Positions 28,013-37,021 of a stretch of DNA of 42,323 bases are shown piece after piece. The notes below the pieces were generated by a model. It was not told the DNA's origin and searched no databases. It saw only the letters and a list, made by a program, of their open reading frames with translations. A program made the position numbers and the translations under genes. Within the stretch, counting starts at the first letter, position 1. Every line of letters starts with the position of its first letter. Source of the stretch: a virus; IMG/VR virus record IMGVR_UViG_3300031933_000299, positions 1 to 42,323 of that record, one strand, 5' to 3'.

Positions 28013-28170
28013 GTGCAGCACCCTTTGAAATGATTGGTCCCGAGAGAATTGAAGCCATTCGCCAAGCCAAGCACGATAATCCATCTGTCACCTATAAGGA
28101 TCTGAGAATGATCCTTGGTGAGTCAGAGTATGCTATCGCAAAGGCACTGAAAGGCTACACTCCTGAGTGA
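28009..28170 (+). CDS. 53-aa HTH-like protein
   Basis: NPSVTYKDLRMILGESEYAIAKAL; ATGA overlap. Confidence 0.55.
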   Translation: MSAAPFEMIGPERIEAIRQAKHDNPSVTYKDLRMILGESEYAIAKALKGYTPE

Positions 28171-28299
28171 TAACTATGATCGCCCCCGGACAACTCCACT
28201 CCCACATAACCCCAATCCAACCAACATGTCCGGGGGATCTACCTCCAGACACGGAAAAATGAATCCTCCCGCTTGCCAGTGCGATAACTGGCACATTCT

Positions 28300-28375
28300 G
28301 CCACATCACAAAGCGCAATTGGTGCGTACCAACCGCGAAAGCGGCGGGTAACCTGTTCGAATCAGGTATGTGGCT
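28300..28375 (+). ncRNA. tRNA-like RNA with a GAAA tetraloop in place of the anticodon loop
   Basis: Acceptor GCCACAT/ATGTGGC (7 bp); T arm ACCTG-TTCGAAT-CAGGT; D-like arm GCGCA-ATTGG-TGCGT; third arm ACC-aa-CCGC-GAAA-GCGG-cg-GGT; intergenic. Confidence 0.7.
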
Positions 28376-28448
28376 TAGGCATGTGGTGGCTCTTTTCTAT
28401 ACCACCCAACGAAACCCCACTCCCACTGCCACCACATGCCAAAACAAA

Positions 28449-28769
28449 ATGAAAAGAAGTGATAGATTGAAAGATTGTGAAACAACTGTGACAATTGATC
28501 TAGCCAGATTCCCCCGGGAATATTGGACAGGATCACAGAATCCATTTTTGAAAGTAGATGAACACCAGCTCAACGACATAGAGTCGTGGATCAAGAGCAT
28601 GGTCCCAGCCAGTGATGAGTACTGTGTAGAACTAATTGGCAGATGTCCCGGACCTGTCTCACTGTATATCGGTGCACTCCTTCGTGACATGAACTGTCAG
28701 AAGTTGACCTGCATCAATCCAGGAAGAGGAACATTCACGGTATGGGATTACACGGGGGCAGGAGAATGA
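28449..28769 (+). CDS. Small alpha/beta protein, Csx3/Crn3 (ring nuclease)-like
   Basis: VELIGRCP...LYIG.LL...KLTCINPGRGTFTVWDY resembles the Csx3 GRxP...DPxxG pattern. The ORF track labels it '-', but it reads on the + strand. Confidence 0.4.
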   Translation: MKRSDRLKDCETTVTIDLARFPREYWTGSQNPFLKVDEHQLNDIESWIKSMVPASDEYCVELIGRCPGPVSLYIGALLRDMNCQKLTCINPGRGTFTVWDYTGAGE

Positions 28770-29131
28770 GCGAAATGATAGAAGAAATACAAGCCATCAA
28801 GGAACTCAAACTCCAAATGAAACTTGAACTCGGTGATCTGCCTGAACAGCGTGCTCTCCTGGAGGAAAAGATGAGAGACATTATGGATCCATTCATCGTT
28901 CGAATACAGGAACACGAAGATAACATCCGTAATATCACACTGATGAACGGGACGTCCTACAAAGGTGATGATGGAAGTAAGGTCACTTTCCGGAAAGAAC
29001 ATGTCAGAACATCATGGGATACAAAAGCACTCGAAGGATATGCAGCCGGTGGCCATGATGAGATATTGCAGTTCAAGAAGGAGACGGTTGTCAAACCCAA
29101 TGTGAGTATTTCAATTGCTGAGGTAGAATAA
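28766..29131 (+). CDS. Gam/Gp157-like host nuclease inhibitor family protein
   Basis: N-terminal coiled coil, then KVTFRK...SWDTKALEGYA...EILQFKKET; precedes the Bet gene. Confidence 0.5.
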   Translation: MSEMIEEIQAIKELKLQMKLELGDLPEQRALLEEKMRDIMDPFIVRIQEHEDNIRNITLMNGTSYKGDDGSKVTFRKEHVRTSWDTKALEGYAAGGHDEILQFKKETVVKPNVSISIAEVE

Positions 29132-29147
29132 TAAGAGGTGAAAAATA

Positions 29148-30062
29148 ATGAAATTGGATAAGAATGCGATAATTCCAGCACTGGAAAAAAACAAGGCAAT
29201 GAAAGCCAACGATGATGTATATTCACTCATTGTCGATGGTGTCAAATGTGGAATTGATTTCAAGAAAAACGAGTTCTTCTGGATGGACGATCTCACCAGA
29301 ATGTCTGATGATAGTAATTGTGAAGAGCTCAAGAAGTTCAAGGAAATCTGCCTTGGTGCAATGTTTTCTAAGAATAAGAGTAGTGGTGAACCTTCCAAGT
29401 CTGCCCCATCTGATGCAACCGACCAAAGCGCAAGTGTGGAGGAGACTGATGAAGAAGGATACACCAATACAGAATATGACAATCCACCACATGAATCTTT
29501 TGTACCTGCACCAGTCACACAGAGACAAGTTGCAGCCGCACATAGCGTGGACTTCACACCCGACCAGATCGATACGATAAGGAACACTGTTGCCAAAGGT
29601 GCAACTGATGATGAGCTGGCAATGTTCATGCACCTGGCAAATACATATGGCCTTGATCCGTTCCTGAAGGAGATCTTCTATTCCAGCCAGATGAAAACCA
29701 TCATCACATCGAGAGATGGGTACCTGAAGGTTGCACAGAGAGATCCTGAATTCGATGGAATTCAGTCCATGGCAGTATGTGAGAATGATGACTTCTCAAT
29801 TGACATGGTGAACAATGTTGTCAATCACTCGTTTGGAAAGGGTGACCGGGGGTCTGTAATCGGTGCGTGGGCTGTCTGTTACAGGAAAGGACGCAGGCCA
29901 GTTATTGCATATGCTGACTATAATGAGTACAACAAGAACAACCCGATCTGGAAGACTTACAAGAGTGCAATGTGCTGTAAGGTTGCAGAGGTTTTTGCCT
30001 TGAAGAGACAGTTTGGCATTAGTGGTCTGGTGACTCAGGAAGAGATGGGGGTGGAAGCATGA
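29148..30062 (+). CDS. recT: Bet/RecT single-strand annealing protein with N-terminal extension
   Basis: ATDDELAMFMHLANTYGLDPFLKEI...TSRDGYLKVA...GAWAVCYRK...AMCCKVAEVFALKRQF...EEM. Confidence 0.88.
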   Translation: MKLDKNAIIPALEKNKAMKANDDVYSLIVDGVKCGIDFKKNEFFWMDDLTRMSDDSNCEELKKFKEICLGAMFSKNKSSGEPSKSAPSDATDQSASVEETDEEGYTNTEYDNPPHESFVPAPVTQRQVAAAHSVDFTPDQIDTIRNTVAKGATDDELAMFMHLANTYGLDPFLKEIFYSSQMKTIITSRDGYLKVAQRDPEFDGIQSMAVCENDDFSIDMVNNVVNHSFGKGDRGSVIGAWAVCYRKGRRPVIAYADYNEYNKNNPIWKTYKSAMCCKVAEVFALKRQFGISGLVTQEEMGVEA

Positions 30063-30290
30063 CCAAAAAGTCATACCAAATCAAGCGTGAACGCTTCAGC
30101 CCATTCATCCACGATGAAATTGAAGGCATGGTAGAAAAGCGCAGGCAAGCTGCAATTGACAATGGAGTGATAAAAGAGTAATTTTTTGTAAGTTACTCTT
30201 TCTTTTTTGATGTAACGGAGAGTTAAACAATGACAACACAAATAGAAAAACATCAGAACGCAATTGAATATCTGAAGGAGAGATAAATAA

Positions 30291-31028
30291 ATGAAATTAA
30301 TATATGTAGCTGGAGCATACACAAGCAACCCATTAAAAAACATGGAAATTGCAGAAAAAGCAAGCATTGACTTAATACGCAATGGATTTGCTGTTTTTAC
30401 CCCCCATAAGAACTTTTACGATTATCAAAAGTACGAAGATGTAGATTATGAAACATATCTTCAAATCGACTTTGATATTATTTCAAGATGTGATGCCGTT
30501 TACGTTCTTGATAACTGGAATGAATCTCCAGGAACAAAAAGAGAAATAGAGTACTGTATTTCAGTGGGTATTCCGGTTTTGTACCAATCTGTTTTTAATG
30601 CGCGTGATTTGTTGCCAGAAAGTGTTTCTGAAAATAAAGAAGAGGAAATACGCACAGAAGCCATTAAACATTATGGCAAACCTGCTCAGGTTTTGAAGTG
30701 TATTGAAGAACTTGCAGAACTTCAAATTGAACTCATACAGAGCCTCGATACAATGGTAAACGAGGAAAACAAACCATGGTGTCATTTACACCAGATTGAG
30801 CAAGAAGCCCGATGCATATGGCATTGGACACAAGAAATCAATCCAAAGGATATCACCATGTATGATGATATCCAAGCGGACAAAGTTGTTTCTGAACTCG
30901 CCGACGTCTCCATCACAACCTCTCAAATGAAGAAAATATTCACCACCTCGGACGAGTTCGAGAAGGTAAAACAAGCAAAGTTGAGTAGACTTGTTGAGAG
31001 GATGAACGGGGATGGTGATTCTCAATGA
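30291..31028 (+). CDS. Fusion of DUF4406/nucleoside-deoxyribosyltransferase-like and MazG-like NTP pyrophosphatase domains
   Basis: IYVAGAY...TPH...RCDAVYVLDNWNESPGTKREIE, then KCIEELAEL...SELADV. Confidence 0.8.
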   Translation: MKLIYVAGAYTSNPLKNMEIAEKASIDLIRNGFAVFTPHKNFYDYQKYEDVDYETYLQIDFDIISRCDAVYVLDNWNESPGTKREIEYCISVGIPVLYQSVFNARDLLPESVSENKEEEIRTEAIKHYGKPAQVLKCIEELAELQIELIQSLDTMVNEENKPWCHLHQIEQEARCIWHWTQEINPKDITMYDDIQADKVVSELADVSITTSQMKKIFTTSDEFEKVKQAKLSRLVERMNGDGDSQ

Positions 31029-31831
31029 TTGCATGTACCGTTTGCCCCACATGTAGAAGAGAGACCAACACCGACCATATCAGCTACCACGCAAAAACCA
31101 TCAACGGAACACTGAATGAGATAACCACGTGGAGATGCAGTGAATGTGATATTTTTTTCGTGGAACGAGTTGAAAAAATAAGCACAGTGTATCTGTTGTC
31201 ACCCGTGACTACCGCTCTCAGTTCACCTGAAATTCCCACGGAGGAAGAAGTCCAGCAACATATCAAAGAAAACACTTACACCTGCTCGAAGTGTGGCAAA
31301 GAATTCGTTGCCGATGCAGATGTGGAACCATGTGAACTCGAAAACAAAGTCGTTTGTCATGACTGCTACAATGTGGCCTACCAAGAAGACAGGGGTGGAA
31401 CTCAACCAGACGATGATCAATTCCTTTGCGCATACTGTGGCACTCTCAACGATGCTTCTGTCATATACTACAGTGATGATGGCCTGAAAATCTGTGCTGC
31501 GTGCAACGATCAGAAAGACAGATCATGGACAGATGCACCCGTGGAGCAAGAACCACCTGAACCAGAATACGTCCCGCTTCCAGATTCCAGAACAGTATCC
31601 TATTGCATAGACGAGGACACCATCAAACTGCAGTACAAAGGCAGTGACTGTAATGCCTACGCTTCTGATATGATTTGGGATATAGTTGATTCCCCACAAT
31701 CCAAATGGATGTCACGGATTGATGAGATACTGGCAGATGAAAAAAACCGTATCCTGAAAGCAAGTGCATTGAATCAGCTGTGTAAGGCAGTGAGCAAAGG
31801 AATTGTGAAGATTCCGGGAAGTGATGAGTGA
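31025..31831 (+). CDS. Multi-Zn-finger protein
   Basis: Six CxxC pairs. Confidence 0.7.
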   Translation: MIACTVCPTCRRETNTDHISYHAKTINGTLNEITTWRCSECDIFFVERVEKISTVYLLSPVTTALSSPEIPTEEEVQQHIKENTYTCSKCGKEFVADADVEPCELENKVVCHDCYNVAYQEDRGGTQPDDDQFLCAYCGTLNDASVIYYSDDGLKICAACNDQKDRSWTDAPVEQEPPEPEYVPLPDSRTVSYCIDEDTIKLQYKGSDCNAYASDMIWDIVDSPQSKWMSRIDEILADEKNRILKASALNQLCKAVSKGIVKIPGSDE

Positions 31832-32055
31832 TGCCACTTGAAATCACCCTAGAAGAGTCACAGAGACTGCGCGATGTCATCAAAAACAACAGCGGTACAG
31901 GAACATTCAGGACACAATCAAAAGACCCTCGCATCAGAAACAGAGTATTGTTTTCGTACCTTGTGAACCGCAGCATTTCAAAAACGAATCGAAGATGTGG
32001 TCATTCTGTACATGTTGTAAGAGACATTTTGAAAAAGGAGGGTGTGATTAGATGA
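31831..32055 (+). CDS. Small HTH-like protein
   Basis: SISKTNRRCGHSVHVVRDILKKEG. Confidence 0.5.
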   Translation: MPLEITLEESQRLRDVIKNNSGTGTFRTQSKDPRIRNRVLFSYLVNRSISKTNRRCGHSVHVVRDILKKEGVIR

Positions 32056-32206
32056 CCTGTTCAGCAATGTTATGCCGTCAGCATGGCTGTGATAAGCTCA
32101 AGCGTGTCCGTGTTGAGATTGCCGGTGGTATTCGTATGCGTACTTATTGTTCTGTCACTGACAAGGTTCCTGGTGACATGAAAGAATGTCCTTTGGGGGT
32201 GTACTA

Positions 32207-32419
32207 ATGAAGCTCACTCCTGAAGAACAACAGAGATGGAACGAACACCAACTCCGTGCAAGTCGTGCAGGAATGGGACACGGCATTTCACTTGAGAAGG
32301 AACAGGCAATTGTGAATGCCTGGAAAGAAACGCCCACAATAGCAAATGTCACCAGGACTGCGGGGACAGGTGCTGCACAGGCATATCGTGTTTTGAGGAA
32401 GAGGGGGTTGATTCAATGA
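32207..32419 (+). CDS. Small HTH-like protein
   Basis: TPTIANVTRTAGTGAAQAYRVLRKRGL. Confidence 0.55.
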   Translation: MKLTPEEQQRWNEHQLRASRAGMGHGISLEKEQAIVNAWKETPTIANVTRTAGTGAAQAYRVLRKRGLIQ

Positions 32420-32483
32420 CTTCCATTTCTATTTTTTACAGGCACGATTGCAGATGTGTTCAGATACTGGAAGTGCTTGAAGT

Positions 32484-32726
32484 ATGACCTTCAAAGTATA
32501 CGCTGCTTGGTGGAACGGCAAAGAATACGAATGTGTCACGAAAGAAGCAGATACCAAAAAAGCTGCCATCGGTGCAGCGTCTCTTCTTCTGAGAGAATGT
32601 AATCCCAAACAAATATGGATCATTGATCTCGACAACAAAGAACCTATACCAGATGACCTGGGAGCCGTTGCATGTAGTCTGAACAAAACAGATACCGCAC
32701 AAACGACACTGGAGGTCACCGAATGA
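32484..32726 (+). CDS. Hypothetical protein
   Basis: 80 aa; ATGA overlap with the next gene. Confidence 0.6.
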   Translation: MTFKVYAAWWNGKEYECVTKEADTKKAAIGAASLLLRECNPKQIWIIDLDNKEPIPDDLGAVACSLNKTDTAQTTLEVTE

Positions 32727-33094
32727 TTCCGGAATCTAACACTATAGCGTCCCGCAATGGCAGAACAATAGAATCCACAATCTGTGACTATCTGGGAATC
32801 ACCCACAACTATAATGACATTGTTGATGCTGAACTCGATGGCCATCCATTTGAGATCAAGTCATGTCAAGAGTATATCGGTGATTCCAGTCACAACAACG
32901 GCAGAAGATCAGGCAGATTTCAACTGAACGAAGAACAGCATCAATATCTCGTTGAGAACAATGGCATTTATGCTTTTGTTGTTCACTCAGACGGTGAAAT
33001 CAAGAGAACTTGTCTTAAAAGGGCTTCTGCAGTGGGTGAGATTGTTGGGCGGTCTTGTGGTAGGACATGGAGAGGGGTGATGGCAAGTGTCTAA
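32723..33094 (+). CDS. PD-(D/E)xK family nuclease
   Basis: GRTIE...IVDAELDGHPFEIKSC catalytic pattern. Confidence 0.75.
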   Translation: MIPESNTIASRNGRTIESTICDYLGITHNYNDIVDAELDGHPFEIKSCQEYIGDSSHNNGRRSGRFQLNEEQHQYLVENNGIYAFVVHSDGEIKRTCLKRASAVGEIVGRSCGRTWRGVMASV

Positions 33095-33833
33095 CTACAA
33101 GGTCATCTACAAACCCAAAGGCAAAGCCGGGGAATACTGCGACGGATATGCAGCCAATCTCTACAGAGGATGTGGTCACAAATGCACCTACTGTTATGCT
33201 CCACGGGTACTCCATATGAAGAGTGATGAGTTCTTCAATGACCCAAAACCACGCAAGGATATCCTTGAAAACCATTTTGCTGACATCGACAAAATGGTTG
33301 CTGAAGGTGATATTCAGGAAGTATTCCTCTGCTTTACATGTGACCCATTGCAGCCGATAGAAGGTACCGAAGAGATTACCGAGAGAGCTATCAGGCACAT
33401 GGAAAAGATGGGTGTCCCGTACAGGATACTCACAAAGGCGGGATATCAACAGGCCAAGGATTATCTTTTGTACTTCATGTCTCCTGATCTGGCAACCATA
33501 GGTTCAACGTTGGTATTCTGCAAGGATAAGCACTCTGAAAGGTTCGAACCGGGTGCTCCAGTGACATCAGACCGGCTTAATCTTCTCTGGCAGGCACACC
33601 GCCTCAAGTTCAAAACATGGGTATCCCTGGAACCTGTCTGGACTCCCACAGATGCAATTGCACTCATAAAACGAACTCATGAATTTGTTGATGAGTTCAG
33701 GATTGGAAAGTTGAATTACCATCCACAGAGCAAGAATGTCGATTGGGTGAAGTTTGCCCGAGAGATATCTGATTTTTGTGATGATCTTGGTGTGAAGTAT
33801 ACGTTGAAGGAAGATTTGAGGAGGTTGCTCTGA
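33087..33833 (+). CDS. Radical SAM protein (SPL-like family)
   Basis: NLYRGCGHKCTYCYA (CxxxCxxC), CDPLQP, ILTK, WVSLEP. Confidence 0.9.
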   Translation: MSNYKVIYKPKGKAGEYCDGYAANLYRGCGHKCTYCYAPRVLHMKSDEFFNDPKPRKDILENHFADIDKMVAEGDIQEVFLCFTCDPLQPIEGTEEITERAIRHMEKMGVPYRILTKAGYQQAKDYLLYFMSPDLATIGSTLVFCKDKHSERFEPGAPVTSDRLNLLWQAHRLKFKTWVSLEPVWTPTDAIALIKRTHEFVDEFRIGKLNYHPQSKNVDWVKFAREISDFCDDLGVKYTLKEDLRRLL

Positions 33834-34138
33834 TGGGCGAGATTGTATACCTCACTCGAAAAACTCTCGACATACTAGAAGAGTACCAACTCCAATATGG
33901 CGTGGACACTTACAACGATGCTATTCAGGCAATGGAAGACCACATTAATGAAGTTAGCAAAGAGTACAATCGTCCTGCAGATGAGCTTATCGTCTCGTTA
34001 CTTGGACAACTAAGTGACTACGGAAATGCCCCATATGCAATTGACTGTTGTAGTCATGGGTTTCATCTGAGAACAATCAGTGCATGGTCCACTGAGCAAT
34101 TGGTTACAGAACTGAAAAAAAGGAGGTGTTCAAAGTGA
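33833..34138 (+). CDS. Hypothetical protein
   Basis: TGATG coupling. Confidence 0.6.
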   Translation: MGEIVYLTRKTLDILEEYQLQYGVDTYNDAIQAMEDHINEVSKEYNRPADELIVSLLGQLSDYGNAPYAIDCCSHGFHLRTISAWSTEQLVTELKKRRCSK

Positions 34139-34863
34139 GCACCCAACTTACTTTTGATGCTGTCCCACCGTCACCCGTCCACCTGATCGAACAACCACAA
34201 CCAGAAGTCAACTTAAGATCACTCCCAGAAATTAAAAAAGACTTCCACGACACCATTAAGAAACTCTCATATTCCCGTCACACATGGCAAGTGTGGGAAG
34301 ATTTCTGCGAACTTGGTGCCATGGCACTTGCCAACTCCATGTTGTTCTCAGATGAGCGAGAAGCCCGGTATATGGCCACTATTAAGAGATATGAACCAGA
34401 GGAAGTACAACTCTTCCCTCGCCTCCTTGGAATGGTCACAGAAGCTCTTGAGATAGAGTTTCAGGACTTTCTTGGTGAGATGTTCATGGAATTGGAGATG
34501 GGGAACAAGTGGCATGGCCAGTTCTTCACTCCATACCCTCTCTGCAAGGCAATGTCTGCACTTTCAATGAGTGATGAACCGTTTGACAGCAAGGATATTG
34601 TTACAGTCAATGAGCCTGCTTGCGGAGCCGGTGCTATGTGTGTTGCTCTATGTGATCATCTCATCAATGATAGGAAAATCAACTATCAGGACCGTATCAG
34701 GATAGTTGCTCAAGATGTTGACAGGACAGCTGCACACATGTGTTACATTCAGCTTTCCTTGATTGGTGCTCATGCTCGGGTAGTCTGGGGAGATTCACTG
34801 AAGGTTGAAGCGAAGGATGTGTATGTGACTCCATTTGCTGTTATGAAGGGGTGGTTGAATTGA
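34135..34863 (+). CDS. N6-adenine DNA methyltransferase-like protein (HsdM-type SAM-binding part; no NPPY motif seen)
   Basis: GQFFTPY, NEPACGAGAM (motif I), AQDVD, WGDSL. Confidence 0.8.
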   Translation: MSTQLTFDAVPPSPVHLIEQPQPEVNLRSLPEIKKDFHDTIKKLSYSRHTWQVWEDFCELGAMALANSMLFSDEREARYMATIKRYEPEEVQLFPRLLGMVTEALEIEFQDFLGEMFMELEMGNKWHGQFFTPYPLCKAMSALSMSDEPFDSKDIVTVNEPACGAGAMCVALCDHLINDRKINYQDRIRIVAQDVDRTAAHMCYIQLSLIGAHARVVWGDSLKVEAKDVYVTPFAVMKGWLN

Positions 34864-35202
34864 TAGAAATACACAACACCTTCGTACAGACATGTGACAG
34901 CTGCCCGTCGAACTGGGATTTGAAAGCTATCCATGTCTCACCTATCGGGGACAGATCAGAGACTATTCTTGTCCTATGTGGTGGGTGTAGGTATGAACTG
35001 AAAAAGAAGCTGGATAAGGAGGTGGTCTGATGACTACAATTCAACGCCACGACCCGATCACCGTCGGCAAAAACGGAAAGGTCAGGAAAGCAAAGGAAGG
35101 AGACCCGATTATCGGATATGCTTGGATACACGAACGCAGATCAGGCGTTTTGGTGGCAATTCCTGGTACAGCATGGCTCATAAAAATGGAGGTGGAAAGG
35201 TA

Positions 35203-35913
35203 ATGCCACTCCATGACATTGACAAACTGGTTGACCTCGAAACCGAAATCATCCAGTACGACGACCACCTCAGACGCTATCCGGATGATACAAAAACAGA
35301 AGGGAAACTCAAAAGACGTCTATCTAAATGGGTAGACAACCTCGAAATCACAATCTTTGTAGCCAGGAATGAGCAGAAACCATGGTCTGAACTTGAACTG
35401 GGATATCCAACCAGGCCAATGCCAACGAAGGCTATGATAGGGAGAGACCAGGTCGGTGACTATCAATGCTACATTGATCGGGGCGGCAGGATGCAGGACA
35501 ACTTTGCATCTTTTGTAGTTGACCGCAAGGAGTGTTCTGATTTCTATTCGACATTGTTCTCAAAAGGCCAGAGCGGGAAGAACCGGGATAGGTTCTATCG
35601 GGAACTGGACCGGTTTGAGAGAGATCCTCGCTTTGACGAGTTCTACGTCTTCGTTGAATGTGACTTCATCACCTGGTTGAATTATGTTCCACCTGGGAAC
35701 TCTGGTAACCTGATGGTTCCACAGAAACTTGCATCTGTGGCATCATTGGAAGCTCGTGGTGCTCATGTTGTCTGGAATGGTAACAGGAAGATTGCCTGCC
35801 GGATGTACCGGGAACTTTGCAGGCAGTATTGTTTGAAGAATTATCGTAAAATCATCAATGGACATGCTGAAGTTGAACAGGTATGTGATGTTGGGAGGTT
35901 GGGATTTGCATGA
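35203..35913 (+). CDS. ERCC4/XPF-family nuclease
   Basis: VGDYQ...FVVDRKECSDFYSTL...RFYRELDRF...YVFVE; start moved to ATG 35203 (GGAGGTG RBS). Confidence 0.85.
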   Translation: MPLHDIDKLVDLETEIIQYDDHLRRYPDDTKTEGKLKRRLSKWVDNLEITIFVARNEQKPWSELELGYPTRPMPTKAMIGRDQVGDYQCYIDRGGRMQDNFASFVVDRKECSDFYSTLFSKGQSGKNRDRFYRELDRFERDPRFDEFYVFVECDFITWLNYVPPGNSGNLMVPQKLASVASLEARGAHVVWNGNRKIACRMYRELCRQYCLKNYRKIINGHAEVEQVCDVGRLGFA

Positions 35914-36033
35914 GGTGTAAATATCTTGTTTCAAAACGATGTTCCTATGCCTCGCCTGCATCATATGTGTGTATGAACGGCGGTGGATCTTATTGTGGAA
36001 AATGGAGAGAATTTGAAAAGAATGGTGTAAACG

Positions 36034-36246
36034 ATGAGCACAAGTTACGTAGATAAATATCAGATATGTGAGCTAACTCTCAATGAGTGGGAATATGAGT
36101 ATGTCATGGATGCATTATATTATTATCAGTATCATGAAAAGCTTAAGGATTCCAGGCAAAAACAATTCATTGAAGAGATTGATCTTGATAAAGATGTTAG
36201 CAAAAAGGTATTTCAGGAAAAGCTCAAGGAATGCAAACATTCCTGA
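36034..36246 (+). CDS. Small hypothetical protein
   Basis: Stop abuts the motif copy at 36246. Confidence 0.65.
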   Translation: MSTSYVDKYQICELTLNEWEYEYVMDALYYYQYHEKLKDSRQKQFIEEIDLDKDVSKKVFQEKLKECKHS

Positions 36247-36272
36247 CCCCCATAATAAAGGAAGTGATAAAG

Positions 36273-36467
36273 ATGTCATTATTTTTGGAAACAATAAACG
36301 AAGTAGCAGAAGAAATGAAAGAGCAATGTGATGATCTTGAAAAGATTGTCAATCTCTGTACTGAATATCTCAAGAAATATGGACTTGATCAAGACCAGCT
36401 TAAGTTAGACCTTGACTTAATCCTTGAAGGAAAAAGGGATGAGTTAGACGAATTTGTGACAACCTGA
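36273..36467 (+). CDS. Small hypothetical cassette gene
   Basis: Between two motif copies; ATG 36273 lies 6 nt after GGAAGTG. Confidence 0.7.
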   Translation: MSLFLETINEVAEEMKEQCDDLEKIVNLCTEYLKKYGLDQDQLKLDLDLILEGKRDELDEFVTT

Positions 36468-36495
36468 ACCCCATAATAAAGGAAGGTGAAGAACG

Positions 36496-36699
36496 ATGAT
36501 AGATGTCAAAAAAGAATATGTTGAAGATCCTGAAATGCTTAAGTCATGGAACTATAATGAGCCAGTCCTGGCAATATCAACACCATATTCACATTCAGTT
36601 ATTCCGATGAGTCATATTTGCTATCGTGAAATTAAGCGGATTGTCAACGATGCAAAGAGTAAGGTTCAGCGCATAGAAGAGGCTGACAAAAACCCATAA
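36496..36699 (+). CDS. Small hypothetical cassette gene
   Basis: Between two motif copies; the stop codon is supplied by the motif (AAC CCA TAA). Confidence 0.7.
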   Translation: MIDVKKEYVEDPEMLKSWNYNEPVLAISTPYSHSVIPMSHICYREIKRIVNDAKSKVQRIEEADKNP

Positions 36700-36859
36700 T
36701 AGGGGAAGTGTTGAGTAACCCACTGAAACTCCCTTTTTTACTTTTATACAATTTCATTTTTTTTTATGTAACATACTGGTTGCAATACATTTATAATGCA
36801 TATCAATACGGCTACTTTTATATATTATGTGATACATACGTAATGTTTAGGTGTATATA

Positions 36860-37015
36860 ATGGATTACAAATTTCCATCAAGTATAAGGATGGCAGGCAA
36901 TTCTCTTGTTGTTGGTGTTCCTGCGCCGGTGGTGCGGGAGCTTGGTCTGGTGCCGAAAAAGGTCGGTATCGATGTATCTGATGACAGGAAGAGACTGATA
37001 ATAGAGTTGGAGTGA
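36860..37015 (+). CDS. AbrB/MazE/SpoVT-family regulator (51 aa)
   Basis: MDYKFPSSIRMAGNSLVVGVPAPVVRELGL...; GNSLxVxxP is the AbrB signature. Below the ORF-track cutoff. Confidence 0.8.
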   Translation: MDYKFPSSIRMAGNSLVVGVPAPVVRELGLVPKKVGIDVSDDRKRLIIELE

Positions 37016-37021
37016 TACGCG

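Larger units (their letters stand above)
36246..36710 (+). repeat. Intergenic repeat CCCATA-N5-GGAAG, cluster 2 (36246, 36467, 36691)
   Basis: acccccataataaaggaagtg; aaccccataataaaggaaggtg; aacccataataggggaagtg. Confidence 0.9.

Noticed and set aside
28300-28375. Canonical tRNA gene
   Set aside because: No 7-nt anticodon loop with U33, and an abnormal 6-nt acceptor-D linker; reported as a tRNA-like ncRNA instead.
28368-28769. ORF track lists this 133-aa ORF on the minus strand, starting at 28368
   Set aside because: The translation reads on the + strand (ATG TGG CTT at 28368). Its first 27 codons overlap the tRNA-like and stem structures, so ATG 28449 is preferred.
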